A program made the translations under genes and the position numbers. 64,000 nt of DNA, taken from the NCBI RefSeq assembly GCF_056746865.1, contig NZ_CM163382.1; one strand, written 5' to 3'. The first letter of the stretch is position 1. Every line of letters begins with the position of its first letter. The notes under the pieces were generated by a model that worked only from the letters and a program-made list of their open reading frames with translations, had not been told where the DNA came from and made no database searches. Below are positions 40,030 through 54,132 of the stretch, piece after piece.

Positions 40030-41412
40030 ATGTCTCCTTGTAAACTTCTGCCATTTTGTGTGGCCCTTGCGCTAACCGGTTGTTCACTGGCACCGGATTA
40101 TCAGCGCCCGGCAATGCCCGTGCCGCAGCAGTTCTCACTCAACCAGAACGGCCTGGTTAACGCAGCAGATAACTACCAGAACGCGGGCTGGCGCACCTTT
40201 TTTGTTGATAATCAGGTGAAGACGCTGATTAGCGAGGCGCTGGTGAATAACCGGGATTTGCGCATGGCGACGCTGAAAGTGCAGGAAGCGCGGGCGCAAT
40301 ATCGTCTGACCGATGCCGACCGCTACCCACAGCTCAATGGCGAGGGCAGCGGCAGCTGGAGCGGCAATCTTAAAGGCGATTCAGCCACGACGCGGGAGTT
40401 CTCGACTGGCCTTAACGCCAGCTTTGATCTCGATTTTTTCGGTCGCTTAAAGAACATGAGCGAAGCCGAGCGACAAAATTATTTAGCCACTGAGGAAGCC
40501 CAGCGCGCGGTGCATATTCTGCTGGTTTCTAATGTCGCGCAAAGCTATTTCAATCAGCAGCTGGCGTATGCGCAATTGCAAATCGCCGAAGAAACGCTGC
40601 GTAATTATCAGCAGTCATATGCGTTTGTCGAAAAACAACTGTTGACCGGTAGCAGCAATGTTCTGGCGCTGGAACAGGCTCGCGGGGTGATTGAAAGTAC
40701 CCGCAGCGACATCGCTAAACGTCAGGGGGAACTGGCGCAGGCGAATAATGCATTGCAACTGTTATTGGGAAGCTACGGCAAGCTGCCGCAAGCGCAGACA
40801 GTAAACAGCCACAGCCTGCAAAGCGTTAAATTACCGGCGGGCTTGTCGTCGCAAATTTTATTGCAGCGCCCGGATATTATGGAAGCTGAACACGCGTTAA
40901 TGGCGGCTAATGCCAATATTGGTGCTGCACGTGCAGCATTTTTCCCGTCTATCAGCCTGACCAGCGGAATATCGACCACCAGCAGCGATCTGTCGTCATT
41001 ATTTAACGCCAGCAGCGGGATGTGGAATTTTATTCCCAAAATTGAGATCCCCATTTTTAATGCCGGACGCAACCAGGCCAATCTGGATATCGCCGAAATT
41101 CGCCAGCAGCAGTCGGTGGTGAATTATGAACAGAAAATCCAGAACGCCTTTAAAGAAGTGGCAGATGCGCTGGCATTACGTCAAAGCCTGAACGATCAAA
41201 TTAGCGCCCAGCAGCGTTATCTGGCGTCGCTGCAAATTACTTTGCAACGGGCGCGGGCATTATATCAGCACGGCGCGGTAAGTTATCTGGAAGTGCTGGA
41301 TGCTGAGCGTTCTTTATTTGCAACCCGACAAACTTTACTTGACCTGAATTATGCCCGTCAGGTTAATGAAATTTCTTTATATACCGCCTTAGGCGGCGGT
41401 TGGCAGCAATAA
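40030..41412 (+). CDS. cusC: Outer membrane efflux channel CusC (lipoprotein)
   Basis: MSPCKLLPFCVALALTGCSLAPDYQRP... with lipobox LTGC; ORF track start (GTG 40024) is 2 codons upstream. Confidence 0.9.
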   Translation: MSPCKLLPFCVALALTGCSLAPDYQRPAMPVPQQFSLNQNGLVNAADNYQNAGWRTFFVDNQVKTLISEALVNNRDLRMATLKVQEARAQYRLTDADRYPQLNGEGSGSWSGNLKGDSATTREFSTGLNASFDLDFFGRLKNMSEAERQNYLATEEAQRAVHILLVSNVAQSYFNQQLAYAQLQIAEETLRNYQQSYAFVEKQLLTGSSNVLALEQARGVIESTRSDIAKRQGELAQANNALQLLLGSYGKLPQAQTVNSHSLQSVKLPAGLSSQILLQRPDIMEAEHALMAANANIGAARAAFFPSISLTSGISTTSSDLSSLFNASSGMWNFIPKIEIPIFNAGRNQANLDIAEIRQQQSVVNYEQKIQNAFKEVADALALRQSLNDQISAQQRYLASLQITLQRARALYQHGAVSYLEVLDAERSLFATRQTLLDLNYARQVNEISLYTALGGGWQQ

Positions 41413-41435
41413 TTTTTAACTCCAGGAGAGAATAA

Positions 41436-41768
41436 ATGAAAAAAGCACTGCAAGTCGCAATGTTCAGTCTGTTTACCGTTATTGGCTTTAATGCCCAGGC
41501 TAACGAACATCATCATGAAACCATGAGCGAGGCACAACCACAGGTCATTAGCGCCACCGGTGTGGTAAAAACCATTGATCTGGAAAGCAAAAAAATCACC
41601 ATCCACCACGATCCAATTACCGCGGTGAACTGGCCGGAGATGACCATGCGCTTTACCATCACCCCGCAGACGAAAATGAGTGAAATTAAAACCGGCGACA
41701 AAGTGGCGTTTAATTTTGTCCAGCAGGGCAACCTTTCTTTATTACAGGATATTAAAGTCAGCCAGTAA
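41436..41768 (+). CDS. cusF: Periplasmic copper chaperone CusF (110 aa)
   Basis: 110-aa ORF with signal peptide; matches CusF. Confidence 0.9.
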   Translation: MKKALQVAMFSLFTVIGFNAQANEHHHETMSEAQPQVISATGVVKTIDLESKKITIHHDPITAVNWPEMTMRFTITPQTKMSEIKTGDKVAFNFVQQGNLSLLQDIKVSQ

Positions 41769-41783
41769 CCCAGGTTTAATGAG

Positions 41784-43007
41784 ATGAAAAAAATCGCGCT
41801 TATTATCGGCAGCATGATCGCGGGCGGTATTATTTCTGCGGCAGGTTTTACCTGGTTTGCAAAGGCGGAACCGCCCGCAGAAAAAACGTCGACCGCAGAA
41901 CGTAAAATTTTATTCTGGTACGACCCGATGTATCCCAATACGCGGTTCGATAAACCAGGTAAATCGCCGTTTATGGATATGGATCTGGTGCCGAAATATG
42001 CCGATGAAGAGAGTTCTGCGTCTGGTGTGCGCATTGACCCGACTCAGACGCAGAATCTGGGGGTGAAAACGGCTACCGTCACGCGCGGGCCGCTGACTTT
42101 TGCCCAGAGTTTCCCGGCGAATGTCAGTTACAACGAGTATCAGTATGCCATTGTGCAGGCTCGCGCTGCCGGGTTTATCGACAAGGTGTATCCGCTTACC
42201 GTGGGCGATAAAGTGCAAAAGGGCACACCGCTTCTCGACCTGACCATTCCCGACTGGGTGGAAGCGCAGAGTGAGTATTTACTGCTGCGCGAAACCGGCG
42301 GTACGGCGACCCAGACTGAAGGCATTCTTGAGCGGCTGCGACTGGCGGGAATGCCGGAGGCGGATATTCGCCGCCTGATCGCCACGCAAAAAATCCAGAC
42401 TCGCTTTACGCTCAAAGCGCCCATTGATGGCGTGATCACCGCGTTTGATCTGCGCGCGGGAATGAATATCGCCAAAGATAATGTGGTAGCGAAAATTCAG
42501 GGTATGGACCCGGTGTGGATCACTGCCGCGATCCCGGAGTCCATCGCCTGGCTGGTGAAAGATGCCTCGCAGTTTACGCTCACCGTTCCGGCGCGACCTG
42601 ATAAAACACTCACCATTCGCAAATGGACCCTGCTACCCGGCGTGGATGCCGCGACCCGCACGCTGCAGCTGCGTCTGGAAGTCGACAACGCCGACGAGGC
42701 GCTAAAACCGGGAATGAACGCCTGGTTGCAACTCAACACCGCCAGCGAACCGATGCTGCTCATTCCGTCACAGGCGCTGATTGATACCGGCAACGAACAG
42801 CGGGTGATTACCGTTGATGCCGACGGACGCTTTGTACCGAAACGCGTTGCCGTTTTCCAGGCATCGCAAGGCGTCACCGCGTTACGCTCTGGTCTGGCGG
42901 AAGGTGAAAAGGTGGTTTCCAGCGGCCTGTTCCTGATTGATTCCGAAGCCAATATTTCTGGCGCACTGGAGCGGATGCGCTCTGAAAGTGCTACCCATGC
43001 GCATTGA
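41784..43007 (+). CDS. cusB: Membrane fusion protein CusB (407 aa)
   Basis: 407-aa ORF; matches CusB. Confidence 0.9.
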   Translation: MKKIALIIGSMIAGGIISAAGFTWFAKAEPPAEKTSTAERKILFWYDPMYPNTRFDKPGKSPFMDMDLVPKYADEESSASGVRIDPTQTQNLGVKTATVTRGPLTFAQSFPANVSYNEYQYAIVQARAAGFIDKVYPLTVGDKVQKGTPLLDLTIPDWVEAQSEYLLLRETGGTATQTEGILERLRLAGMPEADIRRLIATQKIQTRFTLKAPIDGVITAFDLRAGMNIAKDNVVAKIQGMDPVWITAAIPESIAWLVKDASQFTLTVPARPDKTLTIRKWTLLPGVDAATRTLQLRLEVDNADEALKPGMNAWLQLNTASEPMLLIPSQALIDTGNEQRVITVDADGRFVPKRVAVFQASQGVTALRSGLAEGEKVVSSGLFLIDSEANISGALERMRSESATHAH

Positions 43008-43018
43008 GGGAATAGCCA

Positions 43019-46000
43019 ATGATTGAATGGATTATTCGTCGCTCGGTGGCGAACCGTTTTCTGGTGCTGATGGGCGCGTTGTGTCTGAGTATCTGGGGCA
43101 CCTGGACCATCATTAACACGCCAGTGGATGCACTGCCGGATCTCTCTGATGTACAGGTGATTATTAAAACCAGCTATCCCGGTCAGGCACCGCAAATCGT
43201 TGAAAATCAGGTGACTTATCCGCTAACCACCACTATGTTGTCGGTGCCTGGCGCGAAGACTGTGCGCGGTTTCTCGCAGTTTGGCGACTCTTATGTGTAT
43301 GTCATTTTCGAAGATGGCACCGATCCATACTGGGCGCGCTCGCGGGTGCTGGAGTACCTCAACCAGGTACAGGGTAAGCTGCCTGCGGGAGTCAGCGCCG
43401 AGCTGGGGCCAGATGCCACGGGTGTTGGCTGGATCTATGAATATGCACTGGTGGATCGCAGCGGTAAGCACGATCTTGCCGATTTACGCTCATTGCAGGA
43501 CTGGTTTCTCAAATATGAGCTGAAAACCATTCCTGACGTTGCGGAAGTGGCGTCGGTAGGCGGTGTGGTGAAAGAGTATCAGGTGGTTATCGATCCTCAG
43601 CGCCTGGCGCAATATGGCATCAGTCTCGCCGAAGTAAAAAGCGCGCTGGATGCTTCAAACCAGGAAGCGGGCGGTTCGTCGATCGAACTGGCGGAAGCGG
43701 AATATATGGTGCGCGCCAGCGGCTATCTGCAAACGCTCGACGACTTTAATCACATCGTTTTAAAAGCCAGTGAAAATGGCGTGCCCGTTTATCTGCGCGA
43801 TGTTGCGAAGGTCCAGATTGGCCCGGAGATGCGCCGGGGCATTGCCGAACTGAGCGGCGAAGGCGAAGTGGCGGGCGGGGTGGTGATCCTGCGCTCCGGC
43901 AAAAACGCCCGAGAAGTGATCGCCGCCGTGAAAGACAAACTGGAAACGCTGAAAAGTAGTCTGCCGGAAGGCGTGGAGATAGTTACAACATACGATCGCA
44001 GCCAGCTCATTGACCGCGCCATCGACAACCTCAGCGGCAAGTTGCTGGAAGAGTTTATTGTGGTGGCGGTAGTCTGTGCGCTGTTTCTCTGGCATGTGCG
44101 CTCGGCGCTGGTGGCGATTATTTCGTTGCCGCTGGGGTTGTGTATTGCTTTTATTGTCATGCACTTTCAGGGACTGAACGCCAATATTATGTCGCTGGGC
44201 GGCATTGCGATTGCCGTCGGGGCGATGGTCGATGCCGCTATCGTCATGATCGAGAATGCGCATAAACGGCTGGAAGAGTGGCAGCACCAGCATCCTGACG
44301 CCACGCTGGATAATAAAACGCGCTGGCAGGTGATCACCGATGCGTCTGTTGAAGTGGGTCCGGCGTTGTTTATCAGTCTGCTGATTATCACGTTGTCGTT
44401 TATCCCGATCTTCACCCTGGAAGGGCAGGAAGGGCGTCTGTTTGGCCCGCTGGCGTTCACCAAAACGTATGCGATGGCGGGTGCGGCGCTGCTGGCGATC
44501 ATAGTGATCCCTATCCTGATGGGTTACTGGATCCGTGGCAAAATTCCGCCAGAAAGCAGTAACCCGCTCAATCGCTTTTTGATTCGTGCTTATCATCCGC
44601 TGTTGCTGAAAGTACTGCACTGGCCAAAAACCACGCTGCTGGTGGCAGCGCTTTCGGTGCTGACGGTTCTCTGGCCGCTCAATAAAGTTGGCGGGGAATT
44701 TTTACCGCAGATCAATGAAGGCGACTTGTTGTATATGCCATCGACGCTGCCGGGGATTTCCGCAGCAGAGGCGGCGAGTATGCTGCAAAAAACCGACAAG
44801 CTGATTATGAGCGTACCTGAAGTGGCGCGGGTATTTGGCAAAACCGGGAAAGCGGAAACCGCCACCGATTCTGCTCCGCTGGAGATGGTAGAAACGACCA
44901 TCCAGCTTAAGCCACAAGATCAGTGGCGGCCAGGCATGACGATGGACAAAATCATTGAAGAACTGGATAACACCGTGCGTCTGCCGGGGCTGGCGAATCT
45001 GTGGGTGCCGCCAATTCGTAACCGTATCGATATGCTCTCAACCGGCATTAAAAGCCCTATCGGCATTAAAGTTTCCGGCACTGTGCTGGCGGATATCGAC
45101 GCGATGGCGGAGCAAATTGAAGAAGTGGCGCGAACGGTGCCAGGCGTAGCTTCTGCGCTTGCCGAGCGTCTGGAAGGTGGGCGCTATATTAACGTTGAGA
45201 TTAACCGTGAAAAAGCCGCGCGTTACGGTATGACGGTGGCGGATGTGCAATTGTTTGTGACATCTGCGGTGGGCGGGGCGATGGTTGGCGAAACGGTGGA
45301 AGGGATTGCCCGTTATCCAATTAATCTGCGTTATCCGCAAAGCTGGCGCGATAGTCCGCAGGCGCTGCGCCAGTTGCCGATTCTGACGCCGATGAAGCAG
45401 CAAATCACCCTGGCAGACGTGGCTGACGTTAAAGTCTCTACCGGACCGTCGATGCTGAAAACCGAGAATGCGCGCCCGACGAGCTGGATTTATATCGATG
45501 CCCGCGATCGTGACATGGTGTCGGTGGTTCACGATCTGCAAAAAGCGATAGCTGAAAAAGTGCAGTTAAAACCGGGCACCAGCGTGGCATTCTCCGGGCA
45601 GTTCGAGCTACTGGAGCGCGCCAACCATAAGCTGAAACTGATGGTGCCGATGACGTTGATGATCATCTTCGTGCTGTTGTATCTGGCGTTCCGTCGGGTG
45701 GGCGAAGCGTTGCTGATTATCAGCAGCGTACCGTTTGCGCTGGTGGGCGGCATCTGGTTGCTGTGGTGGATGGGCTTTCATCTTTCCGTGGCGACGGGCA
45801 CCGGTTTTATTGCCCTTGCCGGGGTTGCCGCCGAATTTGGCGTGGTGATGCTGATGTATTTACGTCATGCCATAGAGGCCGAGCCGTCGTTGAATAATCC
45901 GCAAACATTCAGCGAGCAGAAGCTGGATGAGGCGTTGTATCACGGCGCTGTCCTGCGCGTGCGCCCGAAAGCGATGACGGTGGCGGTGATTATCGCTGGT

Positions 46001-46162
46001 CTGCTGCCGATTCTGTGGGGAACGGGAGCAGGTTCAGAGGTGATGAGCCGGATTGCCGCGCCGATGATTGGCGGCATGATCACCGCGCCTTTGCTATCGC
46101 TGTTTATTATCCCGGCGGCGTATAAGCTGATGTGGCTGCACCGACATCGGGTACGGAAATAA
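43019..46162 (+). CDS. cusA: RND-family copper/silver efflux pump CusA (1047 aa)
   Basis: 1047-aa ORF with 12 predicted TM helices; matches CusA. Confidence 0.95.
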   Translation: MIEWIIRRSVANRFLVLMGALCLSIWGTWTIINTPVDALPDLSDVQVIIKTSYPGQAPQIVENQVTYPLTTTMLSVPGAKTVRGFSQFGDSYVYVIFEDGTDPYWARSRVLEYLNQVQGKLPAGVSAELGPDATGVGWIYEYALVDRSGKHDLADLRSLQDWFLKYELKTIPDVAEVASVGGVVKEYQVVIDPQRLAQYGISLAEVKSALDASNQEAGGSSIELAEAEYMVRASGYLQTLDDFNHIVLKASENGVPVYLRDVAKVQIGPEMRRGIAELSGEGEVAGGVVILRSGKNAREVIAAVKDKLETLKSSLPEGVEIVTTYDRSQLIDRAIDNLSGKLLEEFIVVAVVCALFLWHVRSALVAIISLPLGLCIAFIVMHFQGLNANIMSLGGIAIAVGAMVDAAIVMIENAHKRLEEWQHQHPDATLDNKTRWQVITDASVEVGPALFISLLIITLSFIPIFTLEGQEGRLFGPLAFTKTYAMAGAALLAIIVIPILMGYWIRGKIPPESSNPLNRFLIRAYHPLLLKVLHWPKTTLLVAALSVLTVLWPLNKVGGEFLPQINEGDLLYMPSTLPGISAAEAASMLQKTDKLIMSVPEVARVFGKTGKAETATDSAPLEMVETTIQLKPQDQWRPGMTMDKIIEELDNTVRLPGLANLWVPPIRNRIDMLSTGIKSPIGIKVSGTVLADIDAMAEQIEEVARTVPGVASALAERLEGGRYINVEINREKAARYGMTVADVQLFVTSAVGGAMVGETVEGIARYPINLRYPQSWRDSPQALRQLPILTPMKQQITLADVADVKVSTGPSMLKTENARPTSWIYIDARDRDMVSVVHDLQKAIAEKVQLKPGTSVAFSGQFELLERANHKLKLMVPMTLMIIFVLLYLAFRRVGEALLIISSVPFALVGGIWLLWWMGFHLSVATGTGFIALAGVAAEFGVVMLMYLRHAIEAEPSLNNPQTFSEQKLDEALYHGAVLRVRPKAMTVAVIIAGLLPILWGTGAGSEVMSRIAAPMIGGMITAPLLSLFIIPAAYKLMWLHRHRVRK

Positions 46163-46263
46163 AAGCAGGATACCCGGTTTAACCGTGTGGATTGTGTCTT
46201 GCGACGATGGGCACTAAATGTTAAAAGGTGCCCCTCAACAAAAAAGACACACAGGGGAAAGGC

Positions 46264-47640
46264 GTGAAAAACGCGTCAACCGTATCGGAAGATACTGCGT
46301 CGAATCAAGAGCCGACGCTTCATCGCGGATTACATAACCGTCATATTCAACTGATTGCGCTGGGTGGCGCAATTGGTACTGGTCTGTTTCTAGGCATTGG
46401 CCCGGCGATTCAGATGGCGGGTCCGGCTGTATTGCTGGGCTACGGCGTCGCCGGGATCATCGCTTTCCTGATTATGCGCCAGCTTGGCGAAATGGTGGTT
46501 GAGGAGCCGGTATCCGGTTCATTTGCCCACTTTGCCTATAAATACTGGGGACCGTTTGCGGGCTTCCTCTCTGGCTGGAACTACTGGGTAATGTTCGTGC
46601 TGGTGGGAATGGCAGAGCTGACCGCTGCGGGCATCTATATGCAGTACTGGTTCCCGGATGTTCCAACGTGGATTTGGGCTGCCGCCTTCTTTATTATCAT
46701 CAACGCCGTTAACCTGGTGAACGTGCGCTTATATGGCGAAACCGAGTTCTGGTTTGCGCTGATTAAAGTGCTGGCAATCATCGGTATGATCGGCTTTGGC
46801 CTGTGGCTGCTGTTTTCTGGTCACGGCGGCGAGAAAGCCAGTATCGACAACCTCTGGCGCTACGGTGGTTTCTTTGCCACCGGCTGGAATGGGCTGATTT
46901 TGTCGCTGGCGGTGATTATGTTCTCCTTCGGCGGTCTGGAGCTGATTGGGATTACTGCCGCTGAAGCGCGCGATCCGGAAAAAAGCATTCCGAAAGCGGT
47001 AAATCAGGTAGTGTATCGCATCCTGCTGTTTTATATCGGTTCACTGGTAGTTTTACTGGCACTCTATCCGTGGGTGGAAGTGAAATCCAACAGTAGCCCG
47101 TTTGTGATGATTTTCCATAATCTCGACAGCAACGTGGTAGCTTCTGCGCTGAACTTCGTCATTCTGGTAGCATCGCTGTCAGTGTATAACAGCGGGGTTT
47201 ACTCTAACAGCCGCATGCTGTTTGGCCTTTCTGTGCAGGGTAATGCGCCGAAGTTTTTGACTCGCGTCAGCCGTCGCGGCGTGCCGATTAACTCGCTGAT
47301 GCTTTCCGGAGCGATCACTTCGCTGGTGGTGTTAATCAACTATCTGCTGCCGCAAAAAGCGTTTGGTCTGCTGATGGCGCTGGTGGTAGCAACGCTGCTG
47401 TTGAACTGGATTATGATCTGCCTGGCGCATCTGCGTTTTCGCGCGGCGATGCGACGTCAGGGACGTGAAACACAGTTTAAGGCGCTGCTTTATCCGTTCG
47501 GCAACTATCTTTGTATTGCCTTCCTCGGCATGATTTTGCTGCTGATGTGCACGATGGATGATATGCGCTTGTCAGCGATCCTGCTGCCGGTGTGGATTGT
47601 ATTCCTGTTTGTGGCATTTAAAACGCTGCGTCGGAAATAA
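46264..47640 (+). CDS. pheP: Phenylalanine-specific permease PheP (458 aa)
   Basis: ORF track starts 12 codons upstream; the GTG at 46264 (VKNASTVSEDTASNQEPTLHRGL...) reproduces the PheP N-terminus and length. Confidence 0.85.
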   Translation: MKNASTVSEDTASNQEPTLHRGLHNRHIQLIALGGAIGTGLFLGIGPAIQMAGPAVLLGYGVAGIIAFLIMRQLGEMVVEEPVSGSFAHFAYKYWGPFAGFLSGWNYWVMFVLVGMAELTAAGIYMQYWFPDVPTWIWAAAFFIIINAVNLVNVRLYGETEFWFALIKVLAIIGMIGFGLWLLFSGHGGEKASIDNLWRYGGFFATGWNGLILSLAVIMFSFGGLELIGITAAEARDPEKSIPKAVNQVVYRILLFYIGSLVVLLALYPWVEVKSNSSPFVMIFHNLDSNVVASALNFVILVASLSVYNSGVYSNSRMLFGLSVQGNAPKFLTRVSRRGVPINSLMLSGAITSLVVLINYLLPQKAFGLLMALVVATLLLNWIMICLAHLRFRAAMRRQGRETQFKALLYPFGNYLCIAFLGMILLLMCTMDDMRLSAILLPVWIVFLFVAFKTLRRK

Positions 47641-47671
47641 GGCATTCACGCTACATCCGACAAAACGATGT

Positions 47672-47706
47672 CCGCTCTCATCCATTCGATGAGAGCGGTT
47701 TTTTTA
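47672..47706. terminator. Bidirectional intrinsic terminator between pheP and ybdG
   Basis: Hairpin ccgctctcatc-cattc-gatgagagcgg flanked by T-run (plus) and A-run (minus) between convergent genes. Confidence 0.6.
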
Positions 47707-47707
47707 A

Positions 47708-49003
<1,296 letters not shown>

Positions 49004-49062
49004 TTATGCAAATCAGGAGAATCTGAGGGGAAATAGCCGGGCAGATGCCCGGCAAGAGAGAA

Positions 49063-49716
49063 TTACACTTCGGTTAAGGTGATGTTTTGCGGCAGACGAG
49101 ATTTCGGCAGCGTAGCGTTAAAATCTTCAACGCTGTGATGACCCACCGGAACAACTACCAGACTGGTGTAGCCTTTCTCTTTCAGACCAAATTCTGCATC
49201 GAGGATTGCGGCGTCAAAACCTTCGATGGGTACCGCGTCCAGACCCAGCGCCGCCACGCCGAGCAGGAAGTTGCCGACGTTGAGATAAACCTGTTTTGCC
49301 ATCCACTCTGCATCATCATGCAGATCTTTACGGTGCATATCGGCGAAGAACTTGCGACCTTTATCGTTCGCGGCTTTCGCTTCCGGCGTGGCAAAGCGGC
49401 CATCGGCATCTTCCTGGTCAACAACCAGCTTCAGCCAGGCATCGTCCATCGCGGTTTTTGCACAGAACACCACAACGTGCGAGGCATCAAGCATTTTACG
49501 CTCGTTGAACACGTAATTACCGGCAGCGGATTTGGCAACACGCGCTTTACCTTCTTCCGTGCTGGCAACAATAAAATGCCACGGCTGGGAGTTGGTGCTG
49601 GATGGGCTGTATTGCAGGAGAGTTTTGATCTGCTCGGCCTGTTCCGGGGTTAGTTTTTTGCTGGCATCAAATGCCTTAGTGGAATGACGCTTTAAGGCGA
49701 CAGAAATGATATCCAT
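49063..49716 (-). CDS. nfsB: Oxygen-insensitive NAD(P)H nitroreductase NfsB (217 aa)
   Basis: [50 protein letters not shown]...; matches NfsB. Confidence 0.9.
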   Translation of the reverse strand: MDIISVALKRHSTKAFDASKKLTPEQAEQIKTLLQYSPSSTNSQPWHFIVASTEEGKARVAKSAAGNYVFNERKMLDASHVVVFCAKTAMDDAWLKLVVDQEDADGRFATPEAKAANDKGRKFFADMHRKDLHDDAEWMAKQVYLNVGNFLLGVAALGLDAVPIEGFDAAILDAEFGLKEKGYTSLVVVPVGHHSVEDFNATLPKSRLPQNITLTEV

Positions 49717-49794
49717 AAAGACTCCATGTGAAAGTAATTTTGCGTGCCAGCAGATTACAAGGATCGAGATGAAATGGTAAGCGAGAAAAATGCG

Positions 49795-50178
49795 CTATTG
49801 ATTTACGGTTGAGTAAGGACGCAGTCGTTTTTGATCGCGTTTAGCCAGACCATCAACCACCAGATTCCACGAATCGTTGATCAGATCGCGAAGTAACGCT
49901 TCGGAGATTTCCTCGCCGGGATACACCGAAATCCAGTGCTTTTTATTCATGTGATACCCTGGCTTGATGCTTGGGTATATTTGCTGATTTAGCAGGGATT
50001 TTTGTGGATCGGACTTCAGATTGATAAAGGGGACGCCGCGCAGCTCCGACGACAGCATAAAAATCTTGCCGCCAATTTTAAAAACATCGAACTCCGGGCC
50101 AAAAGGCCAGCAAAGCTCGACAAAGGGTAACTCAAGGGCCAGGCGTTTCGTCGTTTCGTGCGGTGATTGCTTATCCAT
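49795..50178 (-). CDS. ybdF: YbdF, DUF419-family small protein
   Basis: Start placed at the internal ATG ([22 protein letters not shown]...); the longer 167-aa ORF would overlap ybdJ. Confidence 0.75.
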   Translation of the reverse strand: MDKQSPHETTKRLALELPFVELCWPFGPEFDVFKIGGKIFMLSSELRGVPFINLKSDPQKSLLNQQIYPSIKPGYHMNKKHWISVYPGEEISEALLRDLINDSWNLVVDGLAKRDQKRLRPYSTVNQ

Positions 50179-50242
50179 AAACGTTCCTTTAGGCGAAGGA
50201 GAATAAGCAAAGTATGCCGCGAAGTTCGGCGATAATCGACGT

Positions 50243-50491
50243 TTAATCCGCCAGCGAGAACCAGCGTCGCCAGATAAAGCGCAGAACAAAATACTCAATA
50301 GCGCCCAGCACTAAAAACCACAGACAAAACAATAAAGTGTAAAGCTGGCTAAGATCCATCAGATGGAACGTGGTCACCAGTTTTTGTGCCAGCGTCAGCC
50401 CCAATGCGGGGGCGGGAAGCAGCAGGCAAGAGAGGAAAGCCATCAGCAAAATGCCTGCTGCGGTGGTCAAGGTTTCTAAAGGGTGTTTCAT
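50243..50491 (-). CDS. ybdJ: Small inner membrane protein YbdJ (82 aa)
   Basis: 82-aa ORF with two hydrophobic helices; position as in E. coli. Confidence 0.75.
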   Translation of the reverse strand: MKHPLETLTTAAGILLMAFLSCLLLPAPALGLTLAQKLVTTFHLMDLSQLYTLLFCLWFLVLGAIEYFVLRFIWRRWFSLAD

Positions 50492-50556
50492 AACATTGTT
50501 AAATGTAAGTTAAAACACCATTGTCAGGGATATTCTTCTGTAAGGCAATTCCCGAC

Positions 50557-51684
<1,128 letters not shown>

Positions 51685-52019
51685 TTATGTTGGCGTTTTC
51701 TATTCAGTATAGAAGTCGGAGCGGCTGGGCGAGATGCGGAAGTTCTGGAATGCTTCTTTTTTTTGGTGATGGTGAACTGATTGTGACTGAAGAAGTTTGG
51801 CTACTTTTGCAATGTGACAAGTTATGGCAGAGCTGGCTGGTGGCGAAGAATTTTGACGATTGAGGCATGCAGAAAAATACGGGTTCAGCTTCAGTTGATC
51901 AAATGAGGAGTGAGAAGTCCGAAACAGGACTCACTGTATAAATAAACAGCTATTTTGCTGAAGAAGGGTAAGATAACGGCGGGTGCCTGAAGCTTTCCGG
52001 TTTCAGGTTTACTCTGAGG

Positions 52020-52090
52020 TCTGGAAAGATGAAGCCCCAGGACGATATTTCTATCAACCCTGGGGCTGCCACTCCAAACCCAAACAATTT
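52020..52090 (-). ncRNA. sokE: Predicted Sok-type antisense RNA (copy 1), approximate coordinates
   Basis: By analogy with hok/sok loci the antisense RNA overlaps the mok initiation region; a plausible promoter (TTGCCT-N17-TACCAT) is present on the minus strand near 52100. Boundaries not determined. Confidence 0.3.
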
Positions 52091-52217
52091 GGATGGTAGT
52101 CCCTTCTTCGCATGGAGGCAATATAAACATGCTGACGAAATATGCCCTTGTGGCTGTCATAGTGCTGTGTTTAACGGTGCTGGGATTTACGCTTCTGGTC
52201 GGAGACTCGCTGTGTGA
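52029..52217 (+). CDS. mokE: mok-type reading frame overlapping hok (copy 1)
   Basis: 62-aa ORF starting upstream of hok and overlapping it out of frame, the classic mok/hok arrangement. Confidence 0.5.
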   Translation: MKPQDDISINPGAATPNPNNLDGSPFFAWRQYKHADEICPCGCHSAVFNGAGIYASGRRLAV

Positions 52218-52281
52218 GTTTACGGTGAAGGAACGTAATATTGAGTTTAAGGCTGTTCTCGCTTACGAACCGAAGAAGTAG
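52129..52281 (+). CDS. hokE: Hok-family host-killing toxin (50 aa), copy 1
   Basis: [50 protein letters not shown]: single TM helix, typical Hok sequence; IS186 lies 22 bp downstream of the stop. Confidence 0.8.
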   Translation: MLTKYALVAVIVLCLTVLGFTLLVGDSLCEFTVKERNIEFKAVLAYEPKK

Positions 52282-52303
52282 CCGTTGTGCGGGGAGTAAT
52301 CCC

Positions 52304-53641
52304 ATAAGCGCTAACTTAAGGGTTGTGGTATTACGCCTGATATGATTTAACGTGCCGATGAATTACTCTCACGATAACTGGTCAGCAATTCTGGCCCATA
52401 TTGGTAAGCCCGAAGAACTGGATACTTCGGCACGTAATGCCGGGGCTCTAACCCGCCGCCGCGAAATTCGTGATGCTGCAACTCTGCTACGTCTGGGGCT
52501 GGCTTACGGCCCCGGGGGGATGTCATTACGTGAAGTCACTGCATGGGCTCAGCTCCATGACGTTGCAACATTATCTGACGTGGCTCTCCTGAAGCGGCTG
52601 CGGAATGCCGCCGACTGGTTTGGCATACTTGCCGCACAAACACTTGCTGTACGCGCCGCAGTTACGGGTTGTACAAGCGGAAAGAGATTGCGTCTTGTCG
52701 ATGGAACAGCAATCAGTGCGCCCGGGGGCGGCAGCGCTGAATGGCGACTACATATGGGATATGATCCTCATACCTGTCAGTTCACTGATTTTGAGCTAAC
52801 CGACAGCAGAGACGCTGAACGGCTGGACCGATTTGCGCAAACGGCAGACGAGATACGCATTGCTGACCGGGGATTCGGTTCGCGTCCCGAATGTATCCGC
52901 TCACTTGCTTTTGGAGAAGCTGATTATATCGTCCGGGTTCACTGGCGAGGATTGCGCTGGTTAACTGCAGAAGGAATGCGCTTTGACATGATGGGTTTTC
53001 TGCGCGGGCTGGATTGCGGTAAGAACGGTGAAACCACTGTAATGATAGGCAATTCAGGTAATAAAAAAGCCGGAGCTCCTTTTCCGGCACGTCTCATTGC
53101 CGTATCACTTCCTCCCGAAAAAGCATTAATCAGTAAAACCCGACTGCTCAGCGAGAATCGTCGAAAAGGACGAGTAGTTCAGGCGGAAACGCTGGAAGCA
53201 GCGGGCCATGTGCTATTGCTAACATCATTACCGGAAGATGAATATTCAGCAGAGCAAGTGGCTGATTGTTACCGTCTGCGATGGCAAATTGAACTGGCTT
53301 TTAAGCGGCTCAAAAGTTTGCTGCACCTGGATGCTTTGCGTGCAAAGGAACCTGAACTCGCGAAAGCGTGGATATTTGCTAATCTACTCGCCGCATTTTT
53401 AATTGACGACATAATCCAGCCATCGCTGGATTTCCCCCCCAGAAGTGCCGGATCCGAAAAGAAGAACTAACTCGTTGTGGAGAATAACAAAAATGGTCAT
53501 CTGGAGCTTACAGGTGGCCATTCGTGGGACAGTATCCCTGACAGCCTACAAAACGCAATTGAAGAACGCGAGGCATCGTCTTAACGAGGCACCGAGGCGT
53601 CGCATTCTTCAGATGGTTCAACCCTTAAGTTAGCGCTTATG
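52304..53641 (+). mobile_element. IS186 (1338 bp) with 11-bp target duplication GGAGTAATCCC
   Basis: Terminal inverted repeats cataagcgctaacttaagggttg ... caacccttaagttagcgcttatg; identical 11-mer at 52293-52303 and 53642-53652. Confidence 0.9.
52352..53470 (+). CDS. insL: IS186 transposase (IS4 family, 372 aa)
   Basis: MPMNYSHDNWSAILAHIGKPEELDTSARNAGALTRRREIRD...; matches the IS186 transposase. Confidence 0.9.
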   Translation: MPMNYSHDNWSAILAHIGKPEELDTSARNAGALTRRREIRDAATLLRLGLAYGPGGMSLREVTAWAQLHDVATLSDVALLKRLRNAADWFGILAAQTLAVRAAVTGCTSGKRLRLVDGTAISAPGGGSAEWRLHMGYDPHTCQFTDFELTDSRDAERLDRFAQTADEIRIADRGFGSRPECIRSLAFGEADYIVRVHWRGLRWLTAEGMRFDMMGFLRGLDCGKNGETTVMIGNSGNKKAGAPFPARLIAVSLPPEKALISKTRLLSENRRKGRVVQAETLEAAGHVLLLTSLPEDEYSAEQVADCYRLRWQIELAFKRLKSLLHLDALRAKEPELAKAWIFANLLAAFLIDDIIQPSLDFPPRSAGSEKKN

Positions 53642-53979
53642 GGAGTAATCCCCGCATATCCGGTTGTCAGGTCAGGGTGGTAAGGCACCTGCTTTACACT
53701 TTCGCCCGCGGTCAGCAATGGCTGCGGGCGATTTCGTTTTACGAACAATAACGAGCGTTGCCAACAGAAGTCCGAAACAGGACTCGCTGTATAAATAAAC
53801 AGCTATTTTGATAAGGAAGGGTAAGATAACGGCGGGTGCCTGAAGCTTTCCGGTTTCAGGTTTACTCTGAGGTCTGGAAAGATGAAGCCCCAGGAGATAT
53901 TTCTATCAACCCTGGGGCTGCCACTCCAAACCAGACAATTTGGATGGTAGTCCCTTCTTCGCATGGAGGCAATATAAAC

Positions 53980-54132
53980 ATGCTGACGAAATATGCCCTT
54001 GTGGCAGTCATAGTGCTGTGTTTAACGGTGCTGGGATTTACGCTTCTGGTCGGAGACTCGCTGTGTGAGTTTACGGTGAAGGAACGTAATATTGAGTTTA
54101 AGGCTGTTCTCGCTTACGAACCGAAGAAGTAG
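53980..54132 (+). CDS. Hok-family toxin (50 aa), copy 2 (tandem duplicate)
   Basis: Encodes the same 50-aa Hok peptide as copy 1 (one synonymous difference seen); the upstream mok-equivalent frame differs by two 1-nt indels. Confidence 0.65.
   Translation: MLTKYALVAVIVLCLTVLGFTLLVGDSLCEFTVKERNIEFKAVLAYEPKK

Noticed and set aside
43760-45541. Minus-strand ORFs of 286, 167, 123 and 111 aa within cusA
   Set aside because: Antisense artefacts within a confidently identified RND pump gene.
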